A stretch of 64,000 nucleotides of DNA, from the NCBI RefSeq assembly GCF_035314905.1, contig NZ_DATFYW010000205.1, positions 23,949 to 87,948 of the forward strand. Reading direction: 5' to 3'. A program made the position numbers and the translations under genes. Positions 57,945 to 64,000 of this stretch are shown one piece after another; positions within the stretch are counted from its first letter, which is position 1; each line of letters begins with the position of its first letter. The notes under the pieces were generated by a model that ran no database searches, was not told the origin of the DNA, and saw only the letters and a list, made by a program, of their open reading frames with translations. Source of the stretch: Mycobacterium sp. (lineage in GTDB: Bacteria; Actinomycetota; Actinomycetes; Mycobacteriales; Mycobacteriaceae).

Positions 57945-59042
57945 CCGTTGGGCGGCATCCAGATAGTCCTGCGCGAACTCGTAGACAACCTGGCGCGCCG
58001 GCTTGACGCTGTTCATCAGCCCGACGCCCTGGCCGACCCAGTACGTGGCCAGCGCGCGGGCGCCCTCGTCGCCGTTGCCGGCCAGGGTGTCGATGCGGCG
58101 CAGGACGGGCTCGCTGAGCATCGACTGCAGCGGCATCGGCAGCGGATCGGGTCCTTTTCCTGACTCCCACGCCTCGGTCCAGTCCGACTTCAGCTGCCGC
58201 GTCGGCTTTCCGGTCCGGCAAGTCGAGCGGATGGTGTCGCGGGAGGTAGCCGCCAGCATCCGCTGCTTGGTGTAGGGGGCCGTCTCGGCCTCCTCGGTGG
58301 TCAGCCACACCGACCCCGTCCAGGCGCCCGCGGCGCCCATCGCGACCGCGGCGGCCATCTGCCTGCCCGTGACGATGCCGCCGGCGGCCAGCACGGGAAC
58401 CGGCCGGATGGACTCGATCGCTTCGATCACTTCGGGGACCAGCACCATCGTCGTCACCTCGCCGCAGTGCCCGCCCGCCTCGGTGCCCGCCGCGACGAGA
58501 ATGTCGACCCCGGCCTCGACTTGCCTGATCGCGTGTTCGCGCGCCCCGACCAGCGCGGCGACCGGCACGCCGTGCGCCCTGCCGGCCTCGAGCATCGACT
58601 TCGGCGGCCTGCCGAGCGCGTTGGCGATCAGCTTGATCGGATGGGAAAACGCCACCTGCAGCAGCGCGTCGCCGGCGTCGTCGGAGATCGCCACCCGCGG
58701 CGGCCGTGACCGCTCCATCGGCTCGATGCCGTGGTCTTTGAGTAGCGCGCTGACGTAGTCGCGGTGCTCGCCCGGGATCATGTCGGCGACCTGCTCGGAC
58801 GTCAAACTCCGGCCCTTGCCCGTGTACTTCTCCGGCACGATGATGTCGACCCCGTAGGGCTTGCCGCGCACCTCGGCGTCCACCCACGCGAGCTCCTGCT
58901 CGAGCTGCTCCGGGGTATGCGTCGACGCGCCGAGGACCCCGAACCCGCCCGCGTTGGTGACGGCGGCGACCACGTCGCGGCAGTGACTGAAGGCCAGTAG
59001 CGGAAGGTCGATGCCAAGCATGTCGCAGATCGCGGTCTTCAC
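57921..59042 (-). CDS. Nitronate monooxygenase / FabK-like FMN oxidoreductase
   Basis: AVTNAGGFGVLG, GTEAGGH, VLAAGGI, GAWTGSVWL. Confidence 0.88.
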   Translation of the reverse strand: MKTAICDMLGIDLPLLAFSHCRDVVAAVTNAGGFGVLGASTHTPEQLEQELAWVDAEVRGKPYGVDIIVPEKYTGKGRSLTSEQVADMIPGEHRDYVSALLKDHGIEPMERSRPPRVAISDDAGDALLQVAFSHPIKLIANALGRPPKSMLEAGRAHGVPVAALVGAREHAIRQVEAGVDILVAAGTEAGGHCGEVTTMVLVPEVIEAIESIRPVPVLAAGGIVTGRQMAAAVAMGAAGAWTGSVWLTTEEAETAPYTKQRMLAATSRDTIRSTCRTGKPTRQLKSDWTEAWESGKGPDPLPMPLQSMLSEPVLRRIDTLAGNGDEGARALATYWVGQGVGLMNSVKPARQVVYEFAQDYLDAAQRLANSLGD

Positions 59043-59062
59043 CGGAACCCTCCTTACTCGCG

Positions 59063-60415
59063 TTACTCGTCGGCCTCCGACAGCGGACGCCGATGGAGCC
59101 GCCGGCCGGTGATGACCTTCGCGGCGATCAGCCCCAACCGAATCATGCCCCTGTAGGTCGACGGGTTAAACAGGGTGGGCCAGGTGGTGCGCACCAGGTG
59201 TTCGTCGAGCGGCCGGCCCGCGAAGCGGTCCCGCAGCCATCGCAACGTCATCGGCGCCGACATCGGGTGCAGCAGCATGTGTTCGCTGAACAGATCGCGG
59301 TGATATGTGACCGCCGCACCGCCGAAACGGTAGGCCTCCGCCAGGTCGTCGATGTCGTCGACGCCCACGATCCTGTCGTGCACCGCCTGCAGAATCAGCA
59401 CGGGGAGCCTGGGGGCCGCGCTGCCGAGCCTGATGCGGTCGAGGATGTACCGGACTTCGGGCTCGTCGAGGACCTCGTCCAGCGGCTTGTTGACGAAGGA
59501 GTCGATGTTGCGTCGCGCCATGCGGATGACCGCGCGGATGGTGGTCATCTTCTCCAGCGACTCAAGCAACGCGCGGCCCTCGTCGGTGGCGTGCCGCTGG
59601 ATCACCCGGTCGAGCTCGGGGAAGACATGGCCGAGGGCCGCGATAACCATGGCGGGCAAGCCCGAGTAGAACGTTCCGTTCAGCCGCTCGAACGCGTGCC
59701 CCAGGTCGCCGACCGGCGAGCCGAGCACTGCCCCGACGACGCCCAGTTCGGGGGCGTAGTCGGCGGCCACCTCGGCGGCCCACGCGGACGCCAGCCCGCC
59801 GCCGGAATAGCCCCACAGCCCGACCGGCGCCCCGGCCGACAGGTCCAATCGTTCGCAGCTGAGAGCGGCGCGGACGCCGTCGAGCACGCGGTAGCCGGGC
59901 TCGTATGGCGTGCCCCACGCGCCGTGAGTGCCTTCGTGGTCGGGTACCGAGACGGCCCAGCCCTCCGCCAGCGCCGCGGCGATCAGCAGGAATTCGAACT
60001 GGGCCAGAGCGCCCACGGCCCTGGCCCCGCGCCGCAGGGCATATGACGGAAAACAGCGCGACGCCACCGCGTCGATTGCGCACTGATAAGACACCACAGG
60101 GCAGACCTTCTCGGGCCCACGCTCAGCCGGCACCAGCACGGTGGTGACGGCCGCCTCGGGCCGCCCGTGCATGTCGGTGCTGCGATACAGCAGCTGCGCG
60201 GCGGTGAACTGCTGCGGGATCAGCCCGAGAAAGGCCAGCTCGACGTCGCGGGACCGCAACACCGTGCCGGGCGTGGCGTGGTGGTAGCCGGACGGCGGCT
60301 CGTAGAACGGGTCTTTCACCGGCAGCAGCGGGCGTCCTCGCGCAAGATCGTGGTGCGGGGCGCAGCCGATCCAGTCAGCCCCGGTCGCCGCGGCCAGGCT
60401 GGCAGAGTCCGTCAT
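59063..60415 (-). CDS. Secretory-lipase (LIP) family alpha/beta hydrolase (Rv1592c-like)
   Basis: [25 protein letters not shown] nucleophile elbow; SD aaggag 6 nt before ATG 60415. Confidence 0.9.
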   Translation of the reverse strand: MTDSASLAAATGADWIGCAPHHDLARGRPLLPVKDPFYEPPSGYHHATPGTVLRSRDVELAFLGLIPQQFTAAQLLYRSTDMHGRPEAAVTTVLVPAERGPEKVCPVVSYQCAIDAVASRCFPSYALRRGARAVGALAQFEFLLIAAALAEGWAVSVPDHEGTHGAWGTPYEPGYRVLDGVRAALSCERLDLSAGAPVGLWGYSGGGLASAWAAEVAADYAPELGVVGAVLGSPVGDLGHAFERLNGTFYSGLPAMVIAALGHVFPELDRVIQRHATDEGRALLESLEKMTTIRAVIRMARRNIDSFVNKPLDEVLDEPEVRYILDRIRLGSAAPRLPVLILQAVHDRIVGVDDIDDLAEAYRFGGAAVTYHRDLFSEHMLLHPMSAPMTLRWLRDRFAGRPLDEHLVRTTWPTLFNPSTYRGMIRLGLIAAKVITGRRLHRRPLSEADE

Positions 60416-60476
60416 TGACACTCCTTCGTGACCCAGCGGCCATTCTTGCTTAAGAAGACGTTAAAACCCAATCGAC

Positions 60477-61169
60477 TCACCCGGGCGGGCGCAGTGCGGC
60501 GAATTCGTCGGTGACGCGCAGCAGCGAATCGGTGAACCGGTACAGCGCGGCCGGCCGCCCGCCGCTGCGTCCCGAGCGGGCGGTGGTACCCGTCGGGGTG
60601 ATGACGCCACGGCGGACGAGCACCCGCTGCAGGTTCGTGGCGTCGACTTGATAGCCCAGTGCGGCGCCGTAGATGTCGCGCAAGGTGGACAGCGCGAATT
60701 CCTTGGGCGCCAGGGCAAATCCGAGGTTGGTATACGACAGCTTCGCGACGAGCCGGGTGCGAGCGTGGGCGATCATCGTCCCGTGGTCGAACGCCATCGG
60801 CGGCAGCGCGCTGACCGGATGCCAGCGGGTGTCGGGCGGCAGCGCCGGAATTGCGGGGGAGGGGACCAGGCCAAGGAACGTCGACGCGATCGTGCGGGCG
60901 CCCGGGACGCGGGCTGGGTCGGAGAACACGGCAAGCTGCTCGAGGTGGGCGAGCTCGCGCAGGTCCACCTTCTCGGCGAGTTGACGGCGCACTGAACTGG
61001 TCATGTCCTCGTCATGACGCAGCCGCCCGCCCGGCAAGGACCAGGCGCCGCGCTGCGGGTTCATCGCCCGTTCCCACAGCAGCACGCTGAGCTGCGGCTT
61101 CGGCGTGCCCAGGTGACGAACCTGGAACACGACGGCCAGCACTTCGTGCTCGGTGCTACCATATGGCAT
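60477..61169 (-). CDS. nrtR: Nudix-related transcriptional repressor NrtR
   Basis: WSLPGG degenerate Nudix, ELAHLEQL, w[21 protein letters not shown]; divergent from nadA. Confidence 0.92.
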   Translation of the reverse strand: MPYGSTEHEVLAVVFQVRHLGTPKPQLSVLLWERAMNPQRGAWSLPGGRLRHDEDMTSSVRRQLAEKVDLRELAHLEQLAVFSDPARVPGARTIASTFLGLVPSPAIPALPPDTRWHPVSALPPMAFDHGTMIAHARTRLVAKLSYTNLGFALAPKEFALSTLRDIYGAALGYQVDATNLQRVLVRRGVITPTGTTARSGRSGGRPAALYRFTDSLLRVTDEFAALRPPG

Positions 61170-61192
61170 GTTTTCGATTATAAGTCGAAAAC
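61170..61192. promoter_or_regulatory. NrtR operator
   Basis: Perfect GTTTTCGA-N7-TCGAAAAC palindrome spanning the nrtR -10 (TATAAT on minus strand). Confidence 0.9.
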
Positions 61193-61214
61193 CCCGCGAC
61201 GTGAGGAGGCGGCC

Positions 61215-62216
61215 ATGACCGTCGTTGACCGGGTTGACGAGCTCGGCGTCGAGCCGAACGCCGAATGGGCCGCCGAGGTGCGCCGCCTGGCCGGGCTGCG
61301 CGGCGCCACGCTGCTCGCGCACAACTATCAGCTGCCTGAGATCCAGGACGTCGCCGACCACGTAGGCGATTCGCTCGCGCTGTCCCGCATCGCCGCCGAA
61401 GCACCGGAGGACACGATCGTGTTCTGCGGGGTTCACTTCATGGCCGAGACCGCGAAGATCCTCAGCCCCAACAAGACGGTGCTGATTCCTGACCAGCGGG
61501 CGGGATGCTCGCTGGCCGAGTCGATCACGGCTGACGAGCTGCGCGCGTGGAAGGCCGAGCATCCCACCGCAGTGGTCGTCTCCTACGTCAACACCACCGC
61601 CGCGGTGAAGGCACTCACCGACATCTGCTGCACGTCGGCCAACGCCGTCGACGTGGTGGCATCGATCGATCCCGACCGCGAGGTGCTGTTCCTGCCCGAC
61701 CAATTCCTCGGCGCACACGTGCGGCGGGTGACCGGACGGGCGAACATCAACGTCTGGGCCGGTGAGTGCCACGTGCACGCCGCCATCAACGGCGGCGAAC
61801 TGGCCGAGCAGGCCCGCGCACACCCCGACGCCGAGCTGTACGTGCATCCCGAATGCGGCTGTGCTACGTCGGCGCTGTACCTGGCCGGCGAAGGTGCCGT
61901 GCCCGCCGACCGGGTCAAGATCCTGTCGACCGGCGGCATGCTCAACGCCGCCCGCGCCACCCGCGCCCGCGAGGTGCTGGTCGCTACCGAGATCGGCATG
62001 CTGCACCAGTTGCGAAGGGCCGCGCCCGAAGTCGACTTCCGCGCCGTCAACGCCCGCGCGTCGTGCAAGTACATGAAGATGATCACGCCCGGCGCGCTGC
62101 TGCGCTCCCTCATCGACGGCACCGACGAGGTCGACGTCGACCCCGAAACCGCACGGCTGGCCCGGCGCAGCGTGCAGCGGATGATCGAGATCGGCAAGCC
62201 CGGCGGCGGCGAATGA
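61215..62216 (+). CDS. nadA: Quinolinate synthase
   Basis: [39 protein letters not shown]. Confidence 0.96.
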   Translation: MTVVDRVDELGVEPNAEWAAEVRRLAGLRGATLLAHNYQLPEIQDVADHVGDSLALSRIAAEAPEDTIVFCGVHFMAETAKILSPNKTVLIPDQRAGCSLAESITADELRAWKAEHPTAVVVSYVNTTAAVKALTDICCTSANAVDVVASIDPDREVLFLPDQFLGAHVRRVTGRANINVWAGECHVHAAINGGELAEQARAHPDAELYVHPECGCATSALYLAGEGAVPADRVKILSTGGMLNAARATRAREVLVATEIGMLHQLRRAAPEVDFRAVNARASCKYMKMITPGALLRSLIDGTDEVDVDPETARLARRSVQRMIEIGKPGGGE

Positions 62217-63745
62217 CCAGGCCCTCGTGGCATGCCAGGGCCGACGTCGTCGTGATCGGAACCGGCGTCGCCGGACTGGCCGCCGCGCTTGCCGCGCATC
62301 GACGGGGCAGCTCGGTCATGGTGCTGAGCAAAGCCGGGCAGACCGCCACCCACTATGCGCAGGGCGGCATCGCCGTGGTCCTTCCGTTCACCGACGACTC
62401 GGTGGACGCCCACGTCGCCGACACGGTCGCGGCGGGCGGCGGGCTATGTGACCCCGACGCGGTGCGCTCGATCGTCGCCGACGGCTACGCGGCGATCGCC
62501 GACCTGGTCGGTGACGGCGCCCGGTTCGACGAGTCGGCGCCCGGCCGCTGGTCACTCACCCGCGAGGGAGGGCATTCGCGACACCGCATCATCCACGCCG
62601 GCGGCGACGCCACCGGCGCGGAGGTGCAGCGTGCGCTGGACCACGCTGCCGCCATCCTCGACATCCGCCGAAATCACGTTGCGCTGCAGGTGCTTCACGA
62701 CTCCGACGGCGTGACCGGGCTGCTGGTGCTCAACGACGATGGCGTGGGTGTGGTGCACGCGCCCGCGGTGATCCTGGCCACCGGCGGGCTCGGCCACCTC
62801 TACCGGGCGACCACGAACCCGGAAGGATCCACGGGCGACGGCATCGCGCTGGCGTTGTGGGCCGGCGTCGCCGTGGCCGACATCGAGTTCATCCAGTTCC
62901 ACCCGACGATGCTGTTCGACGGCCACGGCGACGGGCGACGGCCCCTGATCAGCGAGGCGTTGCGCGGGGAGGGTGCGATACTCGTTGACGCTCAAGGTCG
63001 TTCGGTGACCGCGGGCGTTCACCCGATGGGCGACCTTGCTCCGCGTGACGTGGTCGCGGCCGCGGTGGAGGCGCGGCTCGCCGAGACCGGCGAGCAGTGC
63101 GTGTACCTCGACGCGCGCGGCATCGCCGGGTTCGAGCGCAGATTCCCGACGGTCACCGCCGCGTGCCGGGCGGCGGGCATCGACCCGACCCGCAGGCCGA
63201 TCCCGGTGGTGCCCGGGGCGCACTACAGCTGCGGTGGCGTGGTCACCGACGTGATCGGTCGCACCGCGCTCGCCGGACTGTTCGCCGCCGGCGAGGTGGC
63301 GCGCACCGGCATGCACGGCGCGAACCGGCTCGCGTCGAACAGCCTGCTCGAGGGCTTGGTCGTCGGCGGGCGCGCCGGCAGGGCCGCCGCCGAGCACGCC
63401 GCGGCCGCGGGGGCGGTGATCGCCCGGGTCCCCGAGCCGGTCACCCACTCGGCGCTGCCCCGTCGCAAACTACAGCGAGCGATGAGCCGACACGCGTCGG
63501 TGGTTCGCGACGGCGCGGGCCTGCAGCGGCTCATCGACAAGCTCGACAGTGCCCGGCACCGGAGCGCGGCCTGCCGTGCCGACGCGGAGGACATCGCGCT
63601 GACCACCACCGCCCGCGCGGTCGCCGCAGCGGCCTTGACGCGCACCGAAACCCGCGGCTCCCACCACCGCGCCGACTACCCGGATCCCGACCCGGGACAG
63701 GCACGCAGCGTCGACGCGCAGGTGGCGGCCGGGGCGTGCTGCTGA
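62213..63745 (+). CDS. nadB: L-aspartate oxidase
   Basis: [54 protein letters not shown]. Confidence 0.96.
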   Translation: MTRPSWHARADVVVIGTGVAGLAAALAAHRRGSSVMVLSKAGQTATHYAQGGIAVVLPFTDDSVDAHVADTVAAGGGLCDPDAVRSIVADGYAAIADLVGDGARFDESAPGRWSLTREGGHSRHRIIHAGGDATGAEVQRALDHAAAILDIRRNHVALQVLHDSDGVTGLLVLNDDGVGVVHAPAVILATGGLGHLYRATTNPEGSTGDGIALALWAGVAVADIEFIQFHPTMLFDGHGDGRRPLISEALRGEGAILVDAQGRSVTAGVHPMGDLAPRDVVAAAVEARLAETGEQCVYLDARGIAGFERRFPTVTAACRAAGIDPTRRPIPVVPGAHYSCGGVVTDVIGRTALAGLFAAGEVARTGMHGANRLASNSLLEGLVVGGRAGRAAAEHAAAAGAVIARVPEPVTHSALPRRKLQRAMSRHASVVRDGAGLQRLIDKLDSARHRSAACRADAEDIALTTTARAVAAAALTRTETRGSHHRADYPDPDPGQARSVDAQVAAGACC

Positions 63746-64000
63746 TGGAACTCAGCGACCACGAGCGCACCGAGGCCCGCGCGGTGATACGCCGCGCCCT
63801 CGACGAGGACCTGCGTTACGGCCCGGACGTAACCACGCTGGCCACGGTGCGGTCCGATGAGACCGCGGCCGCTGCGATGGTCACCCGGCAGCCCGGCGTC
63901 GTCGCGGGAATCGACGTGGCGCTGCTGGTGCTCGACGAAGTGATCGGTCCCGACGGTTATCGCGTGCTGGACCGGGTGTCCGACGGGGACCGGCTGCAGC
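63745..64000 (+). CDS. nadC: Nicotinate-nucleotide diphosphorylase, N-terminal part (runs off the right edge)
   Basis: RALDEDL..GPDVTT, RQPGVVAG; TGATG overlap with nadB. Confidence 0.92.
   Translation, partial: MELSDHERTEARAVIRRALDEDLRYGPDVTTLATVRSDETAAAAMVTRQPGVVAGIDVALLVLDEVIGPDGYRVLDRVSDGDRLQ

Overview
High-GC mycobacterial core chromosome, syntenic with M. tuberculosis Rv1473-Rv1596 but without the Rv1498-Rv1535 accessory block. Gene order: ABC-F (partial), small HTH, acnR-acnA, ripA-ripB, moxR1-DUF58-(decayed VWA gene), fabG1-inhA-hemH, an added beta-PGM + GH65 phosphorylase pair, nfeD/SPFH, mutAB-meaB, lipL, T-box-ileS, dinB, ansA, lspA, rluD-like, an added YciI + ECF42 sigma pair, dnaE1, fadD, ilvA, treZYX, bioAFD-bioQ-bioB-bsaP, lipase, nrtR-nadABC. 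I found no CRISPR array, IS element, rRNA or tRNA. Most of the window is ordinary. The strongest candidate for something new is at 9.2-11.3 kb. Both FAS-II reductases (FabG1 and InhA) carry acyl-pocket substitutions that resemble Rhodococcus/Nocardia enzymes rather than typical mycobacterial ones. They sit behind a triple-frameshifted VWA gene and a threefold TGAAATGACA repeat. Comparisons to reference proteins are from memory and need alignment to confirm.
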